This document shows, in pieces, positions 1 to 13,260 of a stretch of DNA of 64,000 bases. A program made the translations under genes and the position numbers. The DNA comes from Antedon mediterranea (lineage: Eukaryota; Animalia; Echinodermata): NCBI RefSeq assembly GCF_964355755.1, contig NC_092680.1:8370001-8434000 (forward strand), written 5' to 3'. Numbering within the stretch: the first letter of the stretch is position 1; every line of letters starts with the position of its first letter. The notes beneath the pieces were generated by a model. It had not been told where the DNA came from. It saw nothing but the letters and a program-made list of their open reading frames with translations, and ran no database searches.

Positions 1-2515
1 ATGATGGTATATAAATTGTAATTTTCCTCTTTTAAAATGGTCATCACCAATTTGTATCTAAAGAAAAAGAGAAAAAACTTGTTGACATTAGTTTTTGGTA
101 GTTTGTAAAAGTTTTACAACAAATATAAGAGTTTCGAAATATACTGACCTGGGGAAATTCTTTCGTTTTCGATACTGTATGTTACAAGATGAAATATCTG
201 TAAACAATTGTTTGTAACCACAAACAACACGTCATGAGAAAGAATTTTAAAAGTGTTACGTTAAAAGAATTGGTGAAATGGTTGAATAGTCAACAGGTGT
301 CTGTCTGAATCATATCAGTAGACCATGGTCTAGCCTTTGATCAAGTGAAGCTTCCTTTATGTTGTTTTTGATAATAATCGTTCAATTTACGGAATGCATG
401 TATTCCTTTGGGTTTTGTAGATAATGTAGCTCAAAAGCTTCATAACCAACTATACATACATAACTGTATACAATATATTTCAGAAATTAGTAAAATAATT
501 ACGAAAATATTTATTTAGCGTCAGTGGCTTATGCTGCTTATGTAATCTCTGGAAACTTATGACTATGCTTTTCCTTAAAGGCGGTAAGGTTGGAGGGGAG
601 CGAGGTGCAGGGTTGGCTGAATAGAGGTTTCCCAACGGATGTGTTCTACTGTAAGCATAATTTTCCATATTATATTATGTATCTAAAAGATAATGTATAC
701 AATATTTAGCAAATGAATTAACAGAAGACCTAGTACCAGTCCCGGTACCAGTATGATTGACAATTTAAGAATGTCTAGGGTAGGACTTGCTCCTGGCTAT
801 GAAATAAATCCCCATGGTTTAATGTCTGCCACTGAAATGGTGACGCGATGTAAAGCCTGCAGCGAAAAACTAATCCAGAAATGGAAATATTTCGATTCAA
901 AGTTCGAAAAAGTGAAGATGGCGTTATTCAAAAACAACTTCTTCAAACAGATTTTAGTTTTTACAAGATCTGGATGTTTGTAATTTTGTTAATACACTTA
1001 AATATGTGATATTTTAAATTCCCGGCCTAAATTTTCTATAATTGATTTATGACGTCACTACGTCATAGTGGTTCAGGGTGTAGGCTACGTATTAAGATAA
1101 GTTTTTAGTTAGCATTTTTTTGCATTTTCTTATTCTAAGAAATTGTGTTTTATATGTTGGACTTGTAAACATACCTTTATATAATTGTACACTCCTTTTT
1201 TTCTTATATACATACAATTTTTATATACTGATCCTTTGTGGGATGGTAAAGTGTTTATAACGCTATTTCTGTTAACATTAGAACAAAAAAACACACCTAA
1301 CTCTGTGTACCAGATGTATCCAACTTGTATTGGCTTCCTCGGTAGTTGCATGTAATTAGTTTGATGTATTTATACTTAATGTACTTGCGGGACTTTTATT
1401 GTGCTGTGTAATGGTTTAAATTGAATACAGTAATGACCGCCTGCACACAACAACTTCCCTTTAAGATTATTATTGTTAAGATAACTGCCGAGGGAACAAT
1501 GGCAAATTAATAAACACTATTATTTCCATTAAGAATATATAAATATAACATACTTAATCAACTAAAGCTGAAGGCTAAAATAATTTTAAATATATAATGA
1601 CTTTATAAGAAAGGATTAAACTACAGCTATATGTGTTTTATACGTGCCACTTGGAATTGGATAGAACACAATTATTTATCTGAAAACAAATGTAATTTAA
1701 AGCATAAAATGATCAAATTGGCCGAAAGCCATTTTTTTTGGTTTTGGTTTTTGGTTTAATGTAACCGTTTGTTTTGTCTCATTATGTTTTTCGTTTTGTT
1801 TGTGCAAAAGTGATTAACTATACAAATATCTGATTTTATTAATGATCATTTTTCGTGTTTTTAGTGACAATACATCTCTAAATGTATACGGTAGTACAAA
1901 TGATGACATTTAGGTTAGTAATTCTTATAAGCTTGTATTATTTGAAATCTTTCGTTTTATATTCAATTTTAATATATCAGTTTAAACACAGCCAATATCG
2001 GTCTGAGAAAAAGAAAAGAAAAGTTGGTTGAGAATAAAGTAGTTATTTCGATTTTGATCAATGTTGTGATATTATTGATAATAATTGATTAACTCTTTAA
2101 ATTTAAACATTTTTAAAGTTTGTTTTTGAGGGTTGAAATACAAGTCATCTGTACGGAACACGGACCATTTACACAATTTCAGGGTCAGGGAAATTGAAAT
2201 GATGATTTGTAAAAATTATCTTGTACATTTGTCTTTGATTGACGTTGATATTGTTAACGTGACAGCTGGACGCATGCGTGCATTTGATAGAAACTTTAAG
2301 TTAATAAAATTCGAAGGAAATTCAATTATATCAGTGAAAATGTTTGTTAACCAGAAACTGTTAAAGAATGTTGCATATTTTAATATATTATAATGTCGAA
2401 TAAGGATGATGGAATGGAATGGATGATGATACTACAGTAGTGATTATTCTTTCCCAGTATCAACATCGCTAGAAGCAGAAATGAATATGATATACCGTAA
2501 TAAATACAATATTTT

Positions 2516-2619
2516 AACAAAGCCATATACATTGCTGCAATCGCGTGTAAAAATGTTAGTTAGTGTTTACCGACCGACCAACCGAGCCCTGGAGTCGCGT
2601 TGCACGCACGCGACTAAAA
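2516..2619 (-). mobile_element. Helentron-associated / DINE-1-like non-autonomous element, copy 1
   Basis: aacaaagccatataca...tcgcgtg, (CCGA)n tract and terminal hairpin gagtcgcgt...acgcgact followed by aaaa; same layout at 6323, 57388 and 63343. Confidence 0.6.
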
Positions 2620-2799
2620 GTGTGTTTCATTTGTGTATAAATTACAAATCCAAACACAAAAGTTTTGTAAACGGTAACCTATTTTCAGTAAATAGTGATT
2701 TTACTATTTTACTAATGTAAAATCGCAAGAGCACCAGGGATGAATAAGTAAACCAAATTAGCATGAATCACACGTTACACATTGTGGGAGCTACCCAAG

Positions 2800-3678
2800 A
2801 TTTGGCCCCAGCTAACGACCTGTTAACTGTTTTTACTACGTACATACGTCCAGTTTTGGAATATGCGTGTCCATTGTGGCATAGCTCATTAACCAATATC
2901 CAATGTACTAAAATTGAAAGAGTACAGAAGAGAGCTCTAAGATGTATTTACGGTGCTAAGTACATCAGTTATGAAAATGCTTTATCCATGTCTGGATTAT
3001 GTTCCCTTGAAGCCAGAAGAGATAACTTGATGATGAAATTTGGGAAGGGGCTACTACTCTCTAAACTCTATCGTTATATGCTTCCCCCTTATCGTAACCG
3101 CGGTCACAATTTGAGAAATGTTAATTTGTTGGATGCCCCCTTGTGTAAAACTAATCGTTGTAAACGCTCTACCATCCCTAACATTATTGATAGAATGAAT
3201 GAAGCTTCTAAAACTAAAACTTTGTAGGTTTTTAACATTAATAATAATTAACGAATTAGTAATTACCGCATGCTTTGGTTAAATGGGTCTTTTGGCATTT
3301 TAAAGAATTTTAACGGCTTTTTAATGATCTGATTTACTGTGTACTTGTATATATTATATTGTTGTTAGAGTCTTTAACATTTTTACTTTGTACGTTGTTT
3401 GCAGAATTTTTCAGCCGTTGGCTGCCTTCTGTTTGTTTCATTTCATTTCATTTCATTTCATTATTTATTTGGTCTATTTAAGTATATACAAAACAAAAAA
3501 AACTGAAATTGGGGAGACCAGGGTCAACCTAAGTGAACTTAATCACTGTAGCTGAGCCGGTTGACCCAACCCCAAAGTCAGTTTACACATAAAAGACATA
3601 AAGACAAAATACAGTTACAGCGAATCAAAATGAATATGACTATTTATGTGTTTTTTATGAATAAATACCTATATATAA
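2800..3678 (+). mobile_element. 5'-truncated L2/CR1-group non-LTR retrotransposon (ORF2 C-terminus plus 3' UTR)
   Basis: ORF 2763..3227 contains YIRPVLEYACPLWH...IERVQKRALR...LCSLEARR, typical of the post-RT region of the CR1/L2 clade. The 3' UTR has a cagcc-gtt-ggctg stem-loop and ends atgaataaatacctatatat. Confidence 0.88.
3433..3644 (-). mobile_element. Antisense non-LTR 3' tail nested in the L2 3' UTR
   Basis: (TTTCA)n followed by ttatttatt reads AATAAA-(TGAAA)n on the minus strand; it separates the stem-loop from the poly(A)-signal end, which are adjacent in the related copy at 54900-54970. Confidence 0.55.
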
Positions 3679-6322
3679 TGCTTTTATTTGAATAATGTTA
3701 AGCCATGCAAACATGTTTGTTCATTACACAGTACGGTAAAGTAAAGTTTACTTGTCGAATATGTACCATATTCAACATACAGGTTTTTAAATTTGTTGTT
3801 ACTTCATTGTTAAACAAAATCAGTGATTTTCCACTTTGGAACAGTACATTCAAATACAGAACTGTATATCTACTTATAATGCAAAAAACTAAACAATACA
3901 GATGAACCGAAACAGTTCAATTCTAGAGTGCTTCTTCTCCAACGGTTATACCAGCTAAAAGACAAAGTTATTTAGGATAATTCAATATATTCAATAGATG
4001 GGTTTTGTTTTTTACTGTCAGTCTATTAAAAAAACGTAAATAGGAAAATGTTCTAAAACATATTCTTGAATAAAACATACAATAAACATAAATTAAGTTT
4101 GTTTTATACTAAGTTTACAAAATAATACATTGTATAGGGATTTTACTTTCATACAAGATCGTGACAGATGAGACCCGGTTTTGTACCGATGGGTCTTGGA
4201 ATTCTAAACTGAAATTAAATTAAATTAAACCCCATTGATTCATGTCGCATGCAAGCTGGTTCATTCAATACCAATGGGATTTGTATAATATGATATGGGT
4301 TCAATATTGACATTTAATCTACAGAATATTAAAGCCAGAGGTCTTTTAGTTTAATTTATTTCCCAAATTACATTTTGTCTTGTGTTTAACATCACCCAGA
4401 CCTTACGTGACCATCAATATGGGAAATTACTACTTGCAGTACCCCTATACGTGCAATTTAAGCTCTAAATAGTTTACCGTAAGCTTAGAGTACATTTGAA
4501 GCATTATAGTACAGTACATAGAAGAGAAGATAAAATGTGTTTTAGACTAAATACAACATATATAAGCGGAAAAGCTGCGAGACAAAGACAAATAATTTAG
4601 ATAACGAACCAAACGAACTTGTAACACTTATTCTTGCCAAATTCAAATTCTCCTAACATGAGTAATATCATTGACAATATCCAGATGCGTTGGTATTAAA
4701 AGGAAGATAATTATTCAAAAGTCATGACCCAGTAAATTTGCTTGCCAAGACTAATTTTTAAAATTGACAAACTGTTTATTGATTAATGCACTGGAAAGTA
4801 CCCTACTAAAACAACGAAACTCACATTGCTTATTTATAATTTATTTTGTCACGTTTCTATTTCTTTTTATTTGCTTTTTAGTTAAATAAATTTGAATTCA
4901 AGAATGATCGACCAATTGTAGCGCACCTTTTTTTGGGGAAAAAATATGGAGTAGGCCTAGTCACTACGTGTTTATGATTGTCAAAATCACTTTGTATTTT
5001 CTATAACCTTGTTTTTAGTTTAAAGAATTTACTTTTGGTAATGTACGGTAAATCCGATCCATATTATGTGTTATGTGTAATAGTTTCTGTAATGTAAAAA
5101 CACAATTTGTAAAAATGTCAATTCCTGACAAATTCTGCCAATATGTAAATGTAATGATACATTTTCTCTAAAAGTTACATTGAACCTCACATGGGAACAA
5201 GACTAATTATGGACAGAGACAGTCCACTTAAAAACATATTTATTCGATTGAAAACAAATTGTGTATGCATATAGTCATTTGTAAGTCAGTTAAGATTTCT
5301 GACCTTATGGAGAATAATTGTTCTCATCAAACCAATTGCAATAATAAAATAGTAATACTAAATTGCAATAGAAAATAATAATAATAATAATAATAATAAT
5401 AGGCCTACAATGGTAATACCAAATTCCACATTATGGTGCGAAGTTTCTCTTTACTTTTAGATAATAACATGTGCTCTATACAATAAATTTATAAATTATG
5501 TAATAAAATGAATACTGATTCTTTTCGTGAATAATTGCTTAAAATACATTTGAATGTATATTCCAGTCTTTGTACTTCAATTGCACCGCAGCTATCATTA
5601 TTTCCTTCCAAAAACTGTAACACAACTTTAGATGTTGATCACAACTAGGGCCTAGGTAAAGAAAGGTCGTCTGCGGTACACCATTTGTTTCCAAAAGGAA
5701 ATACTGCAGTGATTGAGAATTCTTTGACGCTTCAGTCTGTTGCTACAACCGCCCCAATACACACTATTTATACATTGAGCCTATATTTTTAATATAATAC
5801 ATTAGTTATAGTTTATGATAAGTGTGTATTTGTCTTATAACCTACAAAGGAACATCCGCAGCTGTTGCCGTTGTCACCACCAGGGCATGGTAAATGTACA
5901 TCAAAGATGACAGGAGTTGATTCACCATTAAAGTTTTACAAAGTGCTCGATAATTTCATCTGTAAAATGCTCTTTGATAGTGGATTCAATTTTCCAAAAA
6001 CACACTATCTTATAGTTTCCGTCAGTTTCGCATCATAACACGTTTAGTGGTTTAGTGTGTACTATAATCTTTCTTGGTGACACGTCGAAATATATTTACC
6101 ACATCTTTCTTTTCTTCTGCTCGGTGTCGTCAATTTTAAAGTATTTGGATATTGATAATTTCTGTCGGATTAACTCAAATTTGGCACATATTATTATAGT
6201 ATTACTGGCAAAATATAGAAATGAAAATAATTTGTTTGAATTTTGCCACGTACATTTTGGTAAACACGGCTTTTATAGTCGTAGGCCTACTTACCAAAAT
6301 TAAAACTGTTTACAAATTAATT

Positions 6323-6574
6323 AAACAAGGCCAACAGCCATAAGTCACGTGCTCTCAGAAAAAAATGAACTTTCAAAAAGTAATGTACATCAAAACAGTT
6401 CAAAAAGTACAGAAAGGCGATAAAACGCATAGTGATACCGGACCGACCGACAGACCGACATTGTGAACTATTGAGTCGTGTCCACGCGACTAAAAGCGAT
6501 AAAACGCATAGTGATACCGGACCGACAGACCGACCGACCGACATAGTGAACTATTGAGTCACGTCCACTAAAAA
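6323..6574 (-). mobile_element. Helentron/DINE-1-like element, copy 2, with a 79-bp tandem duplication of its terminal module
   Basis: aaacaaggcc...agtcacgtg start; the unit gcgataaaacgcatagtgataccgg(accg)n...gagtcgtgtccacgcgactaaaa occurs twice (~6417-6495, 6496-6574). Confidence 0.6.
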
Positions 6575-9500
6575 TAATAATAAATAATTGGAAATAAGTT
6601 TAGTTTTGTAGAATATTATTTGATCTGTAGCCTTTATAAATCTTTGAAATTGGTAGATTTTTAAAAGATATTTGCTATTTCTTCTAAAAATCAAGAAACA
6701 TTGAAACTGAACCTGTTTAAAAACTGCATTCCGATGCCTAGAATGCAGTTGTTTAAACAAATAATTACGCGTTTCCGATAGGATAGTCCTGGTGTTTGTA
6801 AATTCCTTTGGTTGTGTACTTTGTAACATGGATTATTAATTAATAGTTGTAATGAATGAACATGACTGGAGGGTCAGGACAGAACATCCATCGAAATAAT
6901 GGAAACATCAAGAGATTTATGATTAATTGTAAATACAGTTTCCTGGCTATGCGGACTTGTCACTGTTAGTTTAAATATCTGGAAATGATGCAAGCCACCA
7001 TGTTTAGAAATTTACAGTCACAGGTGCAACATTTTTTTCATGATGATGAGGAAATTGTTTCAACTGGACTTTGCTAGTAAAGTCTAAGTGGAATTTGTTA
7101 TCGGGAGATATCAGGTTGAATACATTAAGTGCTTTAAAAACTTTCGGGACTTTACATAACAGACACAATAAATATTTGATGATTGTAAACTTTTAAAAGA
7201 AAAAATGTTACGAATTAAAAAACACATTCGTAGGTATATAACAAATATTGGACAGATTTTACGTGTTCTATAAACTTGGTTTTCATCCATAACAGACACA
7301 ATACATTAGGCCTACGGTATTATATAATATGACTGCACAGATTCAATGTTTCTATCAATACTGTACTGATGAATTACGAATTAAATATTTAATGGAAAGA
7401 AAGAGTTTAATTTTAATTTGATTATAGACATTTGAAAATAAACATGCATGGCACATTTTGGAAAAAAAATATTGTATCTAACTCTAGTTTATAATAGATA
7501 AATATAATTATTACTATAGGCCTAAACTTAAAGGGTTTTTAATGGGTACTGACGCCTTTCAAAAATCCTTTAGGGCTATCGATTGACAGTTTCATTAAAC
7601 TGATAGATGACTCAGATTAACTCTATTATTTAATTAACAAATCCCTTACCCACCCATAAAAGTATGTTTTCTTTGCTAATTTACTAATCTTGTTGATCTC
7701 TTTAAATTAACTTTATAATATAGCAAGTAGCTTTATTGCCATGTCAATCATCTTCGACTGACGCCTGATGCCTAATTTCAAACTTTCAAATTTCATGACA
7801 AACAGCTGGAGAATTTCCCTTACGCGGTGACAACCAGAGCCAATAAGGCTGGAACTCTTAATTTCATGTACCGTATGCTTTACAATGTTTACCAGCCTAT
7901 GTTTGCCATATCATAAGAATTTTCAAACATTTTTACCGTATACGTTGGAATGGTAACATTTTTCAAATTCTATCATAATGAATTCTTGACACGCTGACCT
8001 CTTCGCCCTTTCACTATTCATAACCAATTCTCCATGAAATAGCGGAAAGCGTTGGACATAGCGGTTGACTCCTGGTCAATGGCCATAGTCGACACTGTAA
8101 CCTGACGTCAAGGAAAGGCGTGATACCGTATATGCGAATTGATTCTTTTTGACAGATATGACAAGGTTTAACTGTCCTAAAACCACGGTCAAAGTTTGCC
8201 CCGTCTGAATAGAGTTTCTTATTTTAATTGTATACAAACTGTGTACTTTCAAACGATTCCATGTTGCTTAGGTTCCAGTGTTTATGTGTTGGAACCTACA
8301 GTTATATTCCCATTATGTATCTGCTTTGTGATGATAATTAGTTTAAATCGATTGATTAACTTATTGAACAAAATGTAAACATCAAACATTATCTAAATTC
8401 CGAATGTGTTATATGAATCAATCTTCCAACGTTTTCTTTCAATTTTTTCAGAGACTACATATTTATTTTATGATTTGTTTCCCATTCAGAAGTTATATAC
8501 ATTCTTGTTTTTTTTTTCAACTACGCGAGAGTTACGATACTCACTTTCAAATTAATTTTGTCGAATTAGGTTTGGGAATGGTCACTGTTTCTCGAAAACA
8601 TTGTGGTAAAGCCGATTTTCCACTCAGCGAATTTGTTTGCGTGAATCGAAGCGTCAGCTGCATATACGCATGCGTATTAATGTTTCCATCTTCCAAATCC
8701 CTCTCTGCGACGAAGCTTCAGTTGCTAGCTGGAATTGTTTCTACTTTTTGCGAAGCGAAGGAAATGAATTATGTCGACCATTGAAAGCGGAAGCGGGATT
8801 TTTTTTAATGCGAAACGTTGGGTTGGCGCGAGTAAATTCGCCTAGTGGAAAACCGACTTAAATGTATTGATCATTGGACATTATGAACGATGCAAGCCAT
8901 GTAGCATTACAGGAAACGACACGTATATTGGAATTTTTCTTGGTGCATGTATAAAATCAAATGTAATATGTCAGATTGGTTACTCATTTAACCTCAATGT
9001 ACAGGACCTTTGTAGAGTAGAGAGAACAAGATTCCTCTAATTCTGAATACGAACGTTATTTTTATTTTATTATCAACTTAGAGTAATTAATTATGATTTT
9101 TTAATTTCCAATTCAATTCAATTCAATTTAATACCAGTGAGTTTTTTTAATTAATTTGTTTTTCAAGGCTCAGTATCCTTGTACTTTGAGTACACCTTCA
9201 TCTGAAATAAAATCCTCTGGTAATTCCTGCTTTATGGAGAAGAGAGACAAACTTTCAATCAGGGAAGAGTGTCACTCTTCCCTATTTTCAATGACTTGAT
9301 ACATATTATTCCGGGCCGATATAGCTAGGTCCCTATAGTAGCAGTAATCCCCCTCCCTAATTAATAATCTTACATATTTTTATAATTCATAAAACAATTA
9401 CAATAATTACTACGATATGATAATGTTACAATTTCAAATTATTAGGTGACTTCAAAGTTTTAGGTGAGTTTTTTTTTTCTACTTAAAAAAAAACTCCGCT

Positions 9501-10640
9501 TCACATGCCTAAGGCCCGGCGGATTAGTCCAACTTCGAAGTTGGTCTAGACATCGACATCTTTAGAAATATTCTATATTTGTTCCTAATTTTCTGACGTA
9601 ATAAATTAAAATTCTTAAAATTGAGGGCGCTAAACATAATAATAACGAGATCGAATACAGGTGACTTACGCCAGCGTTCGATTCCCGCAAACTTTTTATT
9701 TCGCAGCCTAAAATCCTCTTCCTGGAACCAACCCGCGGCCCAAGTTCCAAGCAGCTAGACCAATGTAATAATGAATGATAGTCCATCATATCACACCTCA
9801 GCCCCACCATGGTTAAATATTATACTATATGGACTTCAGATCACCGGAAATTGCATTATAATTTATTTTTTGGGGAGGTAAATAATCTTGCGTTGATGAT
9901 CCTGAATAAATCAGCGCAGTCCCTTTATAACGAGCACAAGATATGTCAGAATTTTGCGGCGATCGAAACTTTAGCCACACATACAAGTCCGTCTCAACCC
10001 ATCCGCCATGGTTGGAGCTGAGATAAGAACAATTGTTTTTAGGATTATGGACCTGTTAGGTCTCTGGGAAATTGCATTTAATTGTTTGAAGGGTAACAAT
10101 TCCGCTGATCCACCGAAAAACTCAGCGGGGTTTTACCTCGTTTTTTACCTTTTAAAAAATTGTATGTCACGTCGTCAGAGTTCACACAGGAATGTACATT
10201 ACATTTTGTGATCGAAACAAGTCGCACACATTTTCAGCAACATAAACCATGTTAAAAGGCGCTTATGACTCTAAATTATCGGGTTTTTTTTTTCAATTTC
10301 TCCATGACGGTCATGCATATTTATGATGTAACGATGAATTACGTTATACCAGATGGTGGTCGTGCCCACAGATGGTTCTCGAATGCACAGTCATTTCAGC
10401 GTAAAAAAAATTGGAGATTTCAAATGTACGTATCGCAGGAGGTCTATAATACATAGACACGGTTTAAACTAAAATTAGCACCCTGAGAATTCATCCATTC
10501 ATCGCTAAGGAATACGTTTGTTGTATAAACGTATATTAAATCAAAACATTATGATGCTGTACTCGAGCTGTTTTTTCAACTATTAAAAACAATTATCGTA
10601 GAAGGAGATAGGTAAATGCAAAGCATCCTCGTATTATTAT

Positions 10641-11416
10641 CGCCGTGGCTAAAGATACGGTACCGTATTCTAACTTCTGTTTACTAAAGGTACGGTAAAA
10701 TTGCATTACGTCATTAACCAGCCAATGGGGTGTGACGTCATCGTATAAGGACTTTGGATTTTTTTCATATCGCGAAAACAGTGATCAACCGCATTTTCTT
10801 TATGTTTCATTTATCGCTATTATCGCCGTCGTGTGTGACAAAAACTAAATGTAGCCTACGTCTGTTATTATTATTGAAAAGCCAAAACATGTTGATTTTA
10901 ATTCTAGAATACAGAAAACCGTTTCAAAAGAGGCCTAGGCCTACTTACTACGTACCTCATTATATGAGTTTGTTTGTTTGTGTAGAGGGAAAGCGATGCC
11001 AGGCTGGGGGCCAGCTGCATGTGTGCGCTGATTTCTGTGACTCAGACCTGGGGCTACTGTCTAAAAATCATAGTATTTGAGGGCCCCTTTATTGTCCGCA
11101 TTTGCTTGTTGTTTGTGGTCACCATTGTAAACAAAGTTTAATAAAAAATATAGGCCTAAAGGCCATTTGGAATAAAAATAAAACCCTCCGATCAGCGCAC
11201 ACACATCCATGCAGCCTGGCGCCGCCGACAGGAATTGTCTACATACAACCAAAGATAGTGCACTATCTTTGATACAACAGACGCGATATGAAAAAAAATC
11301 GAAAGTCCTGTCACACACGTACCAGCACCATATTGGCTGATTATGACGTAATGCAATTTTACCGTACCTTTAGTAAACAGAAGTTAGAATACGGTACCGT
11401 AACTTTAGCCACAGCG
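10641..11416. mobile_element. Non-autonomous Mutator/MULE-like DNA transposon
   Basis: TIRs of at least 85 bp (cgccgtggctaaagatacggtaccgtattctaac... / ...gttagaatacggtaccgtaactttagccacagcg) flanked by an exact 9-bp duplication TATTATTAT (10632-10640, 11417-11425); no ORF. Confidence 0.8.
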
Positions 11417-11423
11417 TATTATT

Positions 11424-12800
11424 ATACGTCAATTTGGGACTGCTAGTAATTTTCCAAAATACGTCAACTTGAGGGCGGCAAACTTGTTTCCAAAATACAA
11501 GAGCCTTTCCAAATGTGTCATTGAGAGTGTAAGGTAAAATTACAATTTAATGTATTTCTTAGAGAGTAAAACAAACAAGTAAATTTTAGTTATAAATGAA
11601 ATTATTGGAAGGCAGAATTTTTTGTAAATAAAATGTCATAGAGTAGCCAATTATTATTTTTCAATGTAATCATTTATTACTGAATGAAAACAAATATATG
11701 CCAACATCAGTCAATAGACACAGTGCCTATAACATACGTTACTAATGTCTGAACGATGTACGATTGCATTGCCAGACGTAGCTAGTTTAAATGAGGCATA
11801 AACCGGCTACAAAAACAACATGTACAAGTATAGTCATAGGTGTGTGTTATATATTTGATGATCTACAAAATTGATATTTTTCCCGAGCTCGACAGACAAA
11901 CATCGCTTTCAATTTAATGTACTTATGGTCTAATACAAGTTACCTAATCTGAATTCTAACACAATAGTTAGTTTATATAATTAAAATAATAAAAAGGTAT
12001 ATGGTATTGTAATTAAAATAATATCAATAATTGGTTAGAAGAAGTAAAGTAATTATTTTTTTACACGAAAACGTCGGCAAAATACCCATAGTTAAAACAG
12101 TTAGTTAAAGTTCAAAATGGTTAGGTTAAGCGAGAGAGATCTAAATGTAATTTTATAGTATTTTTGAAAAGCCTCGCGTTTTGAAGTTTCGAAGATTTTT
12201 TTGGAAAATTCGCGTATTTTGGAAAACTGTGACTTCAAGTTGGAGGGTATGTCGGATATCTTTCTTATTGTAGAAAATTAATAGCGCTACAAAACTTGTT
12301 TTAAGTTGGATAATTTTCCTAATTTTAGAAAATTAATAGTAACCTCAAGTTGAAGTATTTTGGAACAAGTGCCACAACAATTATATTGGAGAAATTGCGT
12401 ATTTATGGAAATAATTAGCGCCCTCAAGTTGACGTATTTTGGAAAATTACGGTACTAGCGGTCCCAAATTGACGTATTTTGGACAAATCGCGTATTTTGG
12501 AAAATGAATAGCGCCCTCAATTTGACGTATTTTGGACAATTTACGTATTTTGGATAATTAAGTTGACGTATTTTTGGAAAATTACAAGCGGTTCCAACTT
12601 GACGTATTTTGGACAAATCGCGTATTTTGGAAAATGAATAGCGCCCTCAAGTTGACGTATTTTGGACAATTCGCGTATTTTGGAAAATGAATAGCGCCCT
12701 CAAGTCGACGTATTTTGGAAAGACTCGCGTATTTTGGATTAGTATAGCGCCCTCAACTTGACGTATTTTGGAAAAAATTCTGCGTATTTTGGACTGATGT
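11424..12800. repeat. Degenerate ~35-55-bp tandem repeat (gcgccctcaagttgacgtattttggaaaat...) at 12170-12800 with an inverted copy at 11424-11500; probable DNA-transposon subterminal array
   Basis: Repeated cgtattttgga cores; 11425-11478 is the reverse complement of ~12418-12478. Confidence 0.75.
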
Positions 12801-12829
12801 TCACCAACCCTATTGTATTATTGTGTGCA

Positions 12830-13260
12830 GGTATTTTTCATCATCGACATCCATTAGACACGATCGTAAAAACACCCCTGTTTGGAGCAAATCGTTGAAC
12901 CTAAATTCGTTTTAATCGTCAATAAATGATTATCTAACTCAACTTAATTAGTAAACAGGGTTTCATTAGGTGGTTAAAACCAGTGCCGAACGTATAAACC
13001 AACTTTATATCCATCGAGTAAGTAACGCGCGATTTACCAAATTTTGCTCTTACGTAAATTTATATATAAGAAGCACGTGCAAATCAATTGTCAGCTAATT
13101 TAATTAGCTAAACTACAGTACATAACAGACGGAAAACTGAATCCAATCATAATCTCTTATCATTTAACTTTATAAAACTATTGGAGGCGCTATACCTTGA
13201 CATTTAAACCCGTGTCGTGTGTTGCATGTGTTTTTGTTTTGTTTTTGTACAAGAAAATGA
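12830..13260 (+). promoter_or_regulatory. Possible PPCDC promoter/first exon region
   Basis: Locally raised CpG content and a GTAAGT donor at 13018, followed by a TAGGCCTA-rich tract. Positional inference only. Confidence 0.3.

Noticed and set aside
2763-3227. Host gene
   Set aside because: It is a truncated LINE ORF2 C-terminus; the ATG comes from flanking DNA.
9756-10446. Possible second TAG...CTA element
   Set aside because: Only tagacc/ggtcta and one short internal inverted pair match; there is no convincing TIR or TSD.
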